64,000 nucleotides of DNA from an uncultured delta proteobacterium (GTDB taxonomy: Bacteria; Desulfobacterota; Binatia; UBA9968): the NCBI GenBank assembly GCA_963760795.1, contig CAVXEP010000005.1:32001-96000 (forward strand). The letters run 5' to 3'. The translations under genes and the position numbers were made by a program. Positions 10,864 through 20,235 of this stretch are shown here, piece by piece; within the stretch, counting starts at the first letter, position 1; each line of letters begins with the position of its first letter. The notes beneath the pieces were generated by a model. The model was given only the letters and a program-made list of their open reading frames with translations, searched no databases and had not been told where the DNA came from.

Positions 10864-12086
10864 CAGGAAAGCCTTGGGGAAGGTGAAGTAATGGAGTGCT
10901 GGAGTACCGGAGTGATGCCTAGCGGGCCGCCATTTTTGACCAAGCCATCGGCATCGCACAGCGGCTCGATGTAGGAACGAACACGCGCCGGCAGATACTT
11001 GTCCCCCTGGCGAATATACTCGGGATAAATCGGCAGCCGCGCTTTCAGTTCGAATCCCGCCTGCGCGCTTTTCTCCTGGAGCAAGCGCAGCGCCGGCCAG
11101 GGCGCCTCGGGATTGATAAAGTCCGGCGTCAGCGGCGACACGCCGCCCCAGTCGTTGATGCCGGCGTCGAGATAAAGCTCATAGCCCTCCGGCGTCAAAT
11201 TGGGCGGCGCTTGGATATTCATCCCACCGCCGAGGATCAAGCGCGCAAGGGCGATGGTCTTGCCCATGTCGTTTCTGGTCGCGTCGGGATGGCCGTGCAT
11301 CGGAGTCCTCGGTTTCGCGCGAAAATTCTGCACGATCACTTCTTGAATGTGACCGTAGCGATCGTGCAGCTCGCGAATTGCCAACAGCGAGTCAATTCTC
11401 TCCTGCCAGTTCTCGCCGATACCGATAAGGATTCCCGTAGTAAAAGGAATCCGCAACTCACCGGCCAATTCCAAAGTGCGCAGCCGCACCGCCGGCTTTT
11501 TATCCGGCGCGTTATCGTGAGCGGCGCCGGCCAGCAGCAACCGCTCACTGACGCTTTCAAGCATCAGTCCCATGCTCGGGTTGAATTCCTTCAGCCGTTG
11601 TAAATCGCCGCGCCCCATGACGCCTGGATTCGAATGCGGCAAAAGTCCGGTCTCTTCCAGCACAACGCGGCAAGCCTCGACTAGATAATCGAGGGTTCGC
11701 TGGTAGCCGCGCTCGGTCAAGAATTGTTTCATTTCCGGGTAAATCGCCTCGGGCTTGTCGCCGAGGCTGAACAGCACCTCCGTGCAGCCCAGCGCTTTAC
11801 CCTGGCGCACCGAGCGCAACACCTCATCAAGCGTCATGGTTTTCGCGCCCGGCTCATCCGGCGCTTTGCGAAAGGTGCAATAGCCGCAAAAGTCCCGGCA
11901 CAGATTGGTCAGCGGCACGAAAATCTTCGGCGAATAAGTGACGGTGCGACCCTTATGTCGGTCGCGCAGCTCGGCCGCGGTCGCCAGAAGTGCCTGCAAG
12001 GTATCTCCCTCGGCGTCAACCAAAGATAGCGCCGAACCACGGGATAAGAGTTTCCCCTGTCGGCAGTCTTGAAGAATCGTACGCAT
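10863..12086 (-). CDS. cofG: FO synthase subunit CofG (radical SAM)
   Basis: VTYSPKIFVPLTNLCRDFCGYC, LLPHSNPG, SMGLMLE, PFTTGILIGIGE and GINDWGGVSP...NPEAPWP. Start taken at ATG 12086; TTG 12107 is also possible. Confidence 0.92.
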   Translation of the reverse strand: MRTILQDCRQGKLLSRGSALSLVDAEGDTLQALLATAAELRDRHKGRTVTYSPKIFVPLTNLCRDFCGYCTFRKAPDEPGAKTMTLDEVLRSVRQGKALGCTEVLFSLGDKPEAIYPEMKQFLTERGYQRTLDYLVEACRVVLEETGLLPHSNPGVMGRGDLQRLKEFNPSMGLMLESVSERLLLAGAAHDNAPDKKPAVRLRTLELAGELRIPFTTGILIGIGENWQERIDSLLAIRELHDRYGHIQEVIVQNFRAKPRTPMHGHPDATRNDMGKTIALARLILGGGMNIQAPPNLTPEGYELYLDAGINDWGGVSPLTPDFINPEAPWPALRLLQEKSAQAGFELKARLPIYPEYIRQGDKYLPARVRSYIEPLCDADGLVKNGGPLGITPVLQHSITSPSPRLS

Positions 12087-12225
12087 CTGTTGTGTTTGAA
12101 TATCCAATTGACCGCCGGTATTCAAACCAGCGGCGAAGCGCGCCGAGCCGGCCAATTCCGGTTGCCCTTGAGACTTTCGCTGTGGTAGGTCTCGTGGTGT
12201 CGAGAAACTCGGGGAGGATATTACC

Positions 12226-13428
12226 ATGGACAACTTCGATAACGTTCTGGTCGTCGACGCGGACGGCCATGTTTATGAAGGAAATATCGACTTGCGACCG
12301 CGCATGCCGGAAAAGTGGCGCTCCCAGGCGCCGATTAACCTGAAAGACAACGAGGGCAACGGGCGCATGTTGCTCGAAGGCCGCATGTGGTCCGCCTCCC
12401 AGGGTCTCGGCCCCGGCGTCTCCGGTCCGATGACCGAGAAAGCACGCGGCTTTCGCGAAGGCATGGTCGACCCGCTGGCAAGGCTCAAAGACATGGACGC
12501 CGAAGGCATCGACGTCGCCATATTATTCGGCACCCAGATCGCCCTCACCGTCAACGGCTTGATGAGCAAAGAACTGTCCGCCGTGCTTTGCCACGCCTGC
12601 AACGATTGGTTGATGGAATACTGCTCGGCCGAGCCGAAAAGATTGCTCGGCGTCGGCCTGATTCCTTGCCAAGATCCCGCAGCCGCGGTGAAGGAATTGG
12701 AGTATTTGAAAAAAGCCGGCGCGGTCACGGCGATGCTGCCGACCAACGTCTACGGCTTGAACAACATGGGCGACAAGATGTTCGACCCGATCTATGAATG
12801 CGCCCAAGCCATCGGCATGACGCTGAGCGTCCATCCGCAAACCGGCCACGACGGTGTGCCCGGCGTTTCCGGCGTCATGGGCGCCGGCAGCGAGCGCTTT
12901 CGAAAATACGTCTACGTCCATATGACCGCGTTTCCCTTTGAACTGATGATCGCCATGATGCACATGATCGGCGAAGGCGTGTTCGATCGCTTCCCGAAAC
13001 TCAAGGTCGGCTTCATGGAGGGCGGCGCCGGATGGCTGCCGTTCTGGGCCGAACGCTTCGATGAACATATCGAAAAGCTCGCGCCGCAAATGCCCGAGTT
13101 AAAACGCCGGCCGAGTGAGATCATCAAAAGCAAGCAAATCGTCCTCACCTGCGAATCCGAAGAAACCGGTCTCGACCGCGTATTTGCCGCCAATGGCGAG
13201 GATACCGTGCTCTACGCTTCGGATTACTGCCATTGGGATTGCCACTTCCCCTACTCGGTGAAAGACGTGGTCGACAGCCAAGACCTGAGCTTCGCCCAGA
13301 AAGAAAAATTGCTTGGCAAGAACGCCGTTGACTTCTTCGAGCTGAAAAATCTGCCGAAGCCCAATGCGCTCAAGATCGCTCACACCAGCTGGGCCAACGG
13401 CGATCAACCTAAAGTCGCCATGGCCTGA
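12226..13428 (+). CDS. Amidohydrolase family protein
   Basis: VDADGH, DMDAEGIDVAILF, CNDW, FMEGGAGW and YASDYCHWD; GGAGG RBS. Confidence 0.9.
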   Translation: MDNFDNVLVVDADGHVYEGNIDLRPRMPEKWRSQAPINLKDNEGNGRMLLEGRMWSASQGLGPGVSGPMTEKARGFREGMVDPLARLKDMDAEGIDVAILFGTQIALTVNGLMSKELSAVLCHACNDWLMEYCSAEPKRLLGVGLIPCQDPAAAVKELEYLKKAGAVTAMLPTNVYGLNNMGDKMFDPIYECAQAIGMTLSVHPQTGHDGVPGVSGVMGAGSERFRKYVYVHMTAFPFELMIAMMHMIGEGVFDRFPKLKVGFMEGGAGWLPFWAERFDEHIEKLAPQMPELKRRPSEIIKSKQIVLTCESEETGLDRVFAANGEDTVLYASDYCHWDCHFPYSVKDVVDSQDLSFAQKEKLLGKNAVDFFELKNLPKPNALKIAHTSWANGDQPKVAMA

Positions 13429-13439
13429 GGAGAGCCGGC

Positions 13440-14495
13440 ATGGAACCCTTAGATTCTCAGCACCAAGGGCGCGCGCACCGGCGTTCACGTTCAACCCGTC
13501 GTCCGCTTTTTCTTACCCTTGCCCTTCGAGGGAGAGGGAAGGGTGAGGGTAAGAAAGCCACACTTCAAGCGTGTCTCCTCTTCGCCACCGTCATGCTCAT
13601 TGCAGGGATAGCCCAGGGGGCGGAGAGCCCATATAAAATCCGCATCGGTTTCCCCTCACTGGCGTTTTCTTACATGCCCTTCTACGTCGCCCAGGAAAAA
13701 GGCATCTACAAGAAATATGGCATCGAGTCTGAGTACATTCAAATGACGTCAGCGATACAGCCTCAAGCAGTGGTCGCGGGTAACATCAATTACTTCACCT
13801 CGGTCTCGACCGGTATTTCCGCCGCCGTTGCCGGATTACCGTTGGTCATCCTCATGAACTTTTGCGACGTGTCACCTTGGGTCCTGGTAACCCATAAAGA
13901 CATCAACAGGCCGCAGGATCTAGTCGGCAAAACCGTCGCGCTCTCGGGACTCCGCTCTTCGCCGTATTATTTCTTTCAAGCCTTTCTGAAAAAATCAGAA
14001 ATTAACGAGAAGGATGTCCAAACCATCTACACCGGCGGCACCGCTGACAGCTATCGCGCGTTGACCACCAACCGCGTTGTCGGCACGATCTTGACGCCGC
14101 CCTTCGACGACAAGGCGGTGTCGCTGGGCTACAAGAAGTTCATGCAGTTAGGCGAGCTGGCGGACATTCCGTACGTCGGATTGGTGGCCTCGCAGAACGA
14201 ACTCAAGACCAATCGAGAATCCGTCCGTCGCACCGTAAATGCCGTGATCGAATCGGTCGCCTGGCTGCGCGCCAACCGCGCCGACAGCGTCAAGATGATC
14301 GTCGATAAGTTCAAAGTAAACCAGCAGGAAGCCGAAGGCACCTACGCGACGCTGATTAAAATCTTGAACAAAGACAGCCGCATGAATCCCAAAGTCGCCC
14401 GTGGCTATCTCGACATTTTGCGTCAAGAGCGCCCCATCGCCGCCGACTACGATCCGATGAAACATACCGATTTCTCCTTGCTGCCGCGCAGTTGA
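13440..14495 (+). CDS. ABC transporter substrate-binding protein (NMT1/SsuA-like)
   Basis: Signal peptide ending AQG-A, then IRIGFPSLAFSYMPFYVAQEKGIYKKYGIE and DLVGKTVA; AGGAG RBS before ATG 13440. Confidence 0.85.
   Translation: MEPLDSQHQGRAHRRSRSTRRPLFLTLALRGRGKGEGKKATLQACLLFATVMLIAGIAQGAESPYKIRIGFPSLAFSYMPFYVAQEKGIYKKYGIESEYIQMTSAIQPQAVVAGNINYFTSVSTGISAAVAGLPLVILMNFCDVSPWVLVTHKDINRPQDLVGKTVALSGLRSSPYYFFQAFLKKSEINEKDVQTIYTGGTADSYRALTTNRVVGTILTPPFDDKAVSLGYKKFMQLGELADIPYVGLVASQNELKTNRESVRRTVNAVIESVAWLRANRADSVKMIVDKFKVNQQEAEGTYATLIKILNKDSRMNPKVARGYLDILRQERPIAADYDPMKHTDFSLLPRS
13512..13554. repeat. Palindromic CCCT...GGGAGAGGG...GGGTGAGGG repeat inside the 5' end of the SBP ORF
   Basis: TCTTACCCTTGCCCTT-CGAGGGAGAGGG-AAGGGTGAGGGTAAGA forms an imperfect inverted repeat and encodes LTLALRGRGKGEGK. 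Confidence 0.55.
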
Positions 14496-14512
14496 TACGC
14501 GACAATTGCGGC

Positions 14513-15175
14513 ATGCGGTTAATCGTTAGAAAAACCTTCGTCCTCGTCTGGCTAATCGGCGTTTGTCTAAGTGCGAGCCCCGTCTCCCGCGCCGGCGCGC
14601 AAACAACTCGGCATATCAAGGTCGTACTGCACTCCCAGCAGACCGAAAGCTTGAACCGCGACGGCGTTCAGGGCAGCGGCAGCGTGGTCATCCGCCGCGG
14701 CACTGTCAGTCCGTCCGGGCGCGTCATCGCCAACGAACGTCAGACCACAATCCAACGAACCACCGGGATATTTACTCTGGTGCTCGACGGCGGCGAGTCG
14801 ATCCTGACTGTGGCCACGCGGGTGCCGCAGAGCCAGGTGAGCTATTTTTACAACTACGCCCTTGGCGGCGGCTATGTCGAGCGGCGCATCGTCTTCAACG
14901 ATGTCGGCACGTCACTAAAGGTCCACGCTACCACGCTGGCCGAAGGTCAAATCAGATTACGCCTGACGCCGCGCATTAGTTATTTTTCGATCGAGCGGCC
15001 GGGAGCCATCGATTTCACCGAAGCAGCAACGGAAATCATTGTGCCCAACGGCCAACTGGTTTCACTCGGCGGGGCAACGAGCAGCATGCATGAAGTGACC
15101 CGGCAGATCTTAGGCTACCAGAACCGCTCCAGCAGCGACGAAAGCCATCTCCAAGTCAGCGCGACGATCCAATAG
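14513..15175 (+). CDS. Short secretin-like exported protein (secretin C-terminal beta domain only)
   Basis: Signal peptide, then VLDGGESILTV, DVGTSLKVHA, QIRLRLTPRIS and TEIIVPNGQLVSLGG, which follow the secretin domain pattern. Confidence 0.65.
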   Translation: MRLIVRKTFVLVWLIGVCLSASPVSRAGAQTTRHIKVVLHSQQTESLNRDGVQGSGSVVIRRGTVSPSGRVIANERQTTIQRTTGIFTLVLDGGESILTVATRVPQSQVSYFYNYALGGGYVERRIVFNDVGTSLKVHATTLAEGQIRLRLTPRISYFSIERPGAIDFTEAATEIIVPNGQLVSLGGATSSMHEVTRQILGYQNRSSSDESHLQVSATIQ

Positions 15176-15420
15176 ATTTCATTTGACCGTCACGCCAGTC
15201 CGCTGTACCTCCGTTGATGGGGGCACTCGCCCGATCGCAGTTGAAATATCACGTAGGGTCATTGTATGAACCGGCTTCTCGGACTTTTCCTTTTTTGTAG
15301 TTGCTTGACCTCCAGCGCCTTGGCCCAGCCAGCGGCAGAACCTGTGCGCGCGGGTTCGAGGCTTGACAAACCGCCCTCGCCTTGATGACCTAACAGCCTA
15401 TAAGCAAGGAGGATTCCCCC

Positions 15421-16515
15421 ATGCCATACAAAGGACACACGATTATCGACGGCGACGGTCATGTGATCGAGGACACCAAAGCGATCATCGATTACATGCC
15501 GCAATCCTATCGCGACAAATATGACACCCATCCATTTTTCAATCCCTTTCCGCCTCTCGACCATTTGCACTCGGCGAACATGCACGACTTTCCTCCCGGC
15601 GCGTTCAATAAAGTCGGCCCCGCCGGCTGGGTCGATTTTCTCGAAGATATCGGTATCGAAAAAACCGTGCTCTATACCACGCTCGGTTTGGCGTTCGGTA
15701 AGATCGTCAGCCGCGACTGGGCCATCGATGTCGCGCGCGGCTACAACGACTGGATTTACCACACCTACATGAAATTCAACCCGCGCTTCCAAGCAATGGG
15801 CTTGCTGCCGCTGCAGGAGCCGAGCGCAGCGGTGGAAGAACTGCGACGGATCATTAAAGAACTGGGCATGTGCGGCGCCATGCTGCCGTCCACCGGCATC
15901 CAAGCGCACTTGGGCGATCAGTGCTACTGGCCGATCTACGAGGAGGCCAACAAGCTCGGCTGCGCCATTGGCATCCACGGCGGCGCACATGAGAACCTAG
16001 GCCTCGATGATCTAACCCCATACGCCCCGGTGCACGCCCTCGGCCATCCCTTCGGCCAGATGATCTCTTTCGCCGGCATCGTCTTTAACGGTGTCTTCGA
16101 CAAGTTTCCCAACGTCAAGTTCGGCTTCATGGAAGGCGGCGTCGCCTGGCTGCTGATGTGCCTGGAACGCTTCGACCGTTCCTGGGAAACCCACATTCAA
16201 CGCGACCCGCGCAAGCGATTTCTCGATTTGAAGCCAAAGGAAAAAGTTTGCGAGTATATCGCCCGTCATGTCGACGCCGGTCGCATCTTCGTCGGCTGCG
16301 AAGGCGAAGAGCCGGATATCGCCCACGCGATTAAACGAATCGGCAACAAACCCTGGGTCTACTCCAGCGACTACCCGCACGAAGTCAACAACGAGTACTG
16401 CAAGCACGAAATCAACGAAATGCTGGAGAACCCGGACATCACCGAAGCCGACAAGGCCGCCGTCCTGCATGGCAACGCGCGGCGGTTTTACAACCTCGGA
16501 GCTCCGGGATTATAA
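15421..16515 (+). CDS. Amidohydrolase family protein
   Basis: IDGDGH, GYNDW, FMEGGVAW and YSSDYPHE; AGGAGG RBS. Confidence 0.9.
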   Translation: MPYKGHTIIDGDGHVIEDTKAIIDYMPQSYRDKYDTHPFFNPFPPLDHLHSANMHDFPPGAFNKVGPAGWVDFLEDIGIEKTVLYTTLGLAFGKIVSRDWAIDVARGYNDWIYHTYMKFNPRFQAMGLLPLQEPSAAVEELRRIIKELGMCGAMLPSTGIQAHLGDQCYWPIYEEANKLGCAIGIHGGAHENLGLDDLTPYAPVHALGHPFGQMISFAGIVFNGVFDKFPNVKFGFMEGGVAWLLMCLERFDRSWETHIQRDPRKRFLDLKPKEKVCEYIARHVDAGRIFVGCEGEEPDIAHAIKRIGNKPWVYSSDYPHEVNNEYCKHEINEMLENPDITEADKAAVLHGNARRFYNLGAPGL

Positions 16516-16537
16516 AAGCCAGGCGAAATTTTGCCCG

Positions 16538-16577
16538 AAAAACAAAAGGCGAGCCTCGCGGTTCGCCTTTTGTTTTT
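16538..16577 (+). terminator. Intrinsic terminator, possibly bidirectional
   Basis: AAAAACAAAAGGCGAGCC-TCGC-GGTTCGCCTTTTGTTTTT. Confidence 0.8.
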
Positions 16578-16736
16578 GTTACCATTTATGAACGGATAGT
16601 GACAAACGAACTGTGCACGGTTCTGATTATGTTTTGCCGAAAGAACTTCTTGACAACCCCTGGGGTCGCCGTGAAATAGTCAGTCCCACCGGGGAAATCG
16701 TGACTCGATTCCGTAAAAAATATTAGGAGAATTCCC

Positions 16737-17438
16737 ATGGCAACTCCATTAAGCATCGGCCTCATCATTCCGTCGGCCAATCGCCTGACCGAGCCGCAGT
16801 TCAACACCTACCTTCCCGCTAGCGTTGGCGCCTTTGTCACGCGCTTGCGCATGGCCGGTAAGCACCGCAAACCTCTGGCGGAGTTGAAGCCGTCGCTGAT
16901 CGAGGCCGCTGAAGCGCTGTCCGACGTAAAACCGAGCGTCATCGTGTTTCATTGCACGGCCAACTCGATGGAAAGCGGACTGGACCACGAAAAGGCGATC
17001 GTCGACATCATCAAGCAGGCCAGCGGTTGCCCGACCATCACCACCGCCCAAGCTCTGACCCAGGCGTTCGACCATGTCGGTATCAAGAAACTCGTGCTGA
17101 TCAGCCCCTACGTTCAGGCCACCAACCAGCTCGAAGTGAATTATCTGAGCGAGACTGGCTACACCGTGCTGCACGAGAAAGGACTGGCGCTCGACTCTCA
17201 AGCCTACTCAACGGTCACGCCGGAGGAATGGAAGAAAGTGGTGAATGAGAATCTGCGCAGCGACGCCGACGGCTATTTTTTGAGCTGCACCAATACCCGC
17301 ATGATCGAAACCATTACTGACCTCGAGCGCGATTTGGGTAAGCCGGTGATTAACAGCAATCAAGCGACGATCTGGGCCTGTTTGAATAAACTCGGCGTCA
17401 AGCACACCGACTCCCGCCTCGGCCGCTTGTTCAACTAA
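16737..17438 (+). CDS. Maleate cis-trans isomerase / arylmalonate decarboxylase family (Asp/Glu racemase fold)
   Basis: IGLIIPSAN, two Cys motifs FHCTA and LSCTN, ISPY, and KPVINSNQA. Confidence 0.87.
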   Translation: MATPLSIGLIIPSANRLTEPQFNTYLPASVGAFVTRLRMAGKHRKPLAELKPSLIEAAEALSDVKPSVIVFHCTANSMESGLDHEKAIVDIIKQASGCPTITTAQALTQAFDHVGIKKLVLISPYVQATNQLEVNYLSETGYTVLHEKGLALDSQAYSTVTPEEWKKVVNENLRSDADGYFLSCTNTRMIETITDLERDLGKPVINSNQATIWACLNKLGVKHTDSRLGRLFN

Positions 17439-17455
17439 CGAATAATTTCCCCAAT

Positions 17456-17504
17456 GGAGGGCGGACATTCCTGTCCGCCAGGCGGGTTGGAAAACCCGCC
17501 CTCC
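17456..17504. repeat. GGAG-type REP-like doublet, copy 1 of 3
   Basis: GGAGGGCGGACATTCCTGTCCGC...GCGGGTTGGAAAACCCGCCCTCC. Confidence 0.75.
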
Positions 17505-17546
17505 TTTGGGCTAGAAACCAGTAGGCGAATTTTTCAGCAGCCCACC

Positions 17547-17722
17547 CGGCAATGGGTAAGCACGGAGCAGTGAAGCCACCTGACTGTGCAGTCGCAGAGT
17601 TTTATTCATCCACCGCGCCGAGCTTTCGCGTACCTAGCGCTCTATCCGGATGCACCATAGTCCAATAAGTGCTCAGAGGCAGTGGCCCATTGGCTTCATT
17701 GCGGAGGGCTTGCCCATTGCCG
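17547..17722 (+). ncRNA. Candidate structured non-coding RNA (176-nt rod-like hairpin), family unassigned
   Basis: Ends pair as a 15-bp and a 12-bp stem separated by a 5x5 internal loop; the non-Watson-Crick pairs are G-U on the + strand; inner stems are possible. Lies between convergent genes. Confidence 0.35.
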
Positions 17723-17752
17723 TGCGTTCATTGCCAAACGCGGCATCTGAAC

Positions 17753-20011
17753 CTAGAAAAGCGTCGCACTTGCGTGCGTTGCCAAGGCGCCGATCAGCCT
17801 TTCTTTAAGCCCGGTATTGCGAATCTCGACTCTGACGTTGCGGATCGCCATGCCGAGCGCTTTGCGGCTGCCGACGACGATGACGAGCTTTTTGCCGCGC
17901 GTCACCGCGGTGTAAAGGATGCTGCGGTAGAGCATGATGTAGTGCGAAGTGTGCAGCGGTAAGATCACCACGGGATATTCACTGCCCTGGCTTTTGTGAA
18001 TCGAGGTCGCGTAGGCCAGACTGATCTCATCCCACTCGTCGGCCTCGTACTCGACGACTCGTTCGTCATAGTCGACGCGAATCTTGGCATCGTCGCGGTC
18101 GATGGAGACAATCCGTCCGAGATCGCCGTTGAAAACCGCCTTGTCGTAGTTGTTGCGCAGCTGCATGACCTTGTCGCGCACGCGTAAAGTCATACCCGGC
18201 CGCTCGATCGCTTGGCCGGTTGGATTGAAGAGCGCTTGCAAATCCCGATTGAGTTGAATCGTGCCGAGTAAGCCGCGGTGCATGGGCGTCAGGAGCTGCA
18301 CCGACTGGACGATCTGTTCCGGCGGCGCGCCGAGCCATTGCGGGATGCGCTCGCGCAACAGCTCTTTGATCGTTTCAAGAATCTCTTCCTCGCTCTCGCG
18401 GGCGATGAAATCGAAGTCGCGCCGCTCGCGCGCATCGGAAAACTCCAAGTTCTGTCCCTGGAGTATCCGGTGGGCATTGACCACGATCAAGCTCTGTTGC
18501 TCCTGGCGAAAAATGCGCCGCAGGGTCGCCACCGGAACCGACTGTGAATCGATCAAATCCTTGAGCACGCTGCCCGGCCCCACCGAGGGCAACTGGTCGA
18601 CATCGCCGACGAGAATTAAGTGCGTGTGCGGCTCGATGGCGGCCAACAAATGATCCATCAGCGCAATGTCGACCATGGACGCCTCGTCGACGATGATGAC
18701 ATCCACTTGCAGCGGCTTATCGGCATTGCGTTGAAAGCCGCCTTCGCGCGGATTGTATTCGAGCAGGCGGTGCAGTGTGGTGGCATCTTCGCCGGTACTC
18801 TCGGTCATCCGTTTGGCCGCCCGCCCAGTCGGCGCGGCGAGAGCGAAAGTAACCTTGGCGCGCCGCAGGATCGCCAGCAACGACATCAGCAAGGTGGTTT
18901 TACCCGTCCCCGGCCCGCCGGTGATGACAAAAACCTTTTCCTGCAATGCCCGTCGCGCCGCGCTGACCTGATCTTCATCGAGGTTGATCGGCAGGTCGGC
19001 GAACAGCGCACCACTCAACAGATCGATGGCGCCGCGCCTAACGCCCTGGTCTTTCTCCCACGGCCGCGGCCGCCGTTCGCCTTGGAGAAACGACGGAGTG
19101 GTCAAGAGCCGGGCAAGCGCTTGGGCTACTCTTTGCTCCGCCTCGAACAAATTCACCAGATAAACGCGGGTGAGGTGCGGATCGCGCTCGCTCTGCAAAA
19201 TGACCTCGCCGCGCTCAGCGAGTTTCTCCACCGCGATATCGATACGCTCGTCATCGACTTCGAGCAGTTGGCAAGCGCCTTTTGCCAGCGCGGTTAACGG
19301 CAAGTAGCAGTGACCGCGCTCCGACGATTCGCGCAACACATGCAGCACACCGGCCTGCACCCGCAGCGGAAAATCGCCGCGGATGCCGATATGGCCGGCG
19401 AGCCGGTCGGCGAGCAGAAAGCCGATGCCATGCACCTGCTGCGCGAGCGCATAGGGATTTTCTCTAACCTGAGCGACCGTGTCGGCGCCAAACACTCGAT
19501 AAATGCGCAGCGCCAGGGAAGCGCCGACGCCGTGCCCCTGAAGAAATACCATGACATCCTGCATGCCGCGCTGGGCCTGCCAGGCTTCCATGATCCGGCG
19601 TGCGCGCACCTCGCCGATACCGTCGACATCGAGAACCCGCAGCGGTTCTTCGGATAACACCCGCAGGGTCTCCAAACCGAAGGCGCCGACCAAACGCTTG
19701 GCGTAGGTCGGCCCGATCCCTTTGATCATGCCCGAGCCGAGATACTTTTCGATACCTTCGAGGGTCGCCGGATCGACCTTGGTCCAATGGTCGACCAGAA
19801 ATTGCAGGCCGTAACGGGCATGGCGCTTCCACACGCCGGTGACTTTGATCTCCTCACCTTCTGAAAGCGGAAACAGCACGCCGACCACCGTAGCGGCCGG
19901 TCCGCCGTCTTCGTCCAGGCGCGCCACCGTGTAGTGGCTCTCAGGATGCTGATAGGTGATCCGGCTGATGGTGCCCTGGATGGAAGTGAGTTCGTTCTGT
20001 TTATCCGCCAA
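17753..20011 (-). CDS. recD2: ATP-dependent RecD2-like DNA helicase
   Basis: IKGIGP HhH motifs, Walker A ITGGPGTGKT, VDEASMVD, GDVDQLPSVGPG, and YATSIHKSQGSE. Confidence 0.95.
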   Translation of the reverse strand: MADKQNELTSIQGTISRITYQHPESHYTVARLDEDGGPAATVVGVLFPLSEGEEIKVTGVWKRHARYGLQFLVDHWTKVDPATLEGIEKYLGSGMIKGIGPTYAKRLVGAFGLETLRVLSEEPLRVLDVDGIGEVRARRIMEAWQAQRGMQDVMVFLQGHGVGASLALRIYRVFGADTVAQVRENPYALAQQVHGIGFLLADRLAGHIGIRGDFPLRVQAGVLHVLRESSERGHCYLPLTALAKGACQLLEVDDERIDIAVEKLAERGEVILQSERDPHLTRVYLVNLFEAEQRVAQALARLLTTPSFLQGERRPRPWEKDQGVRRGAIDLLSGALFADLPINLDEDQVSAARRALQEKVFVITGGPGTGKTTLLMSLLAILRRAKVTFALAAPTGRAAKRMTESTGEDATTLHRLLEYNPREGGFQRNADKPLQVDVIIVDEASMVDIALMDHLLAAIEPHTHLILVGDVDQLPSVGPGSVLKDLIDSQSVPVATLRRIFRQEQQSLIVVNAHRILQGQNLEFSDARERRDFDFIARESEEEILETIKELLRERIPQWLGAPPEQIVQSVQLLTPMHRGLLGTIQLNRDLQALFNPTGQAIERPGMTLRVRDKVMQLRNNYDKAVFNGDLGRIVSIDRDDAKIRVDYDERVVEYEADEWDEISLAYATSIHKSQGSEYPVVILPLHTSHYIMLYRSILYTAVTRGKKLVIVVGSRKALGMAIRNVRVEIRNTGLKERLIGALATHASATLF

Positions 20012-20235
20012 AAAATACTCCCTATGGAGGCGATCCTACTTGAAAGCGGTCAAAGCGTAAATCGCAGCCCTTGCCTTTTCCCGGTGGGCCGCTAGAATTC
20101 CTATCAACCTCCATGCCCACTCGCAGCCCACGCCCGCGGCCCCGACAACATCGGTCGATTTGCTAGTACCACCACGCTGTTTTGCGCTTCGCTCGCTGCA
20201 TCGAAGCGCAAATCCCAAACGAGGAGACGGCATCG

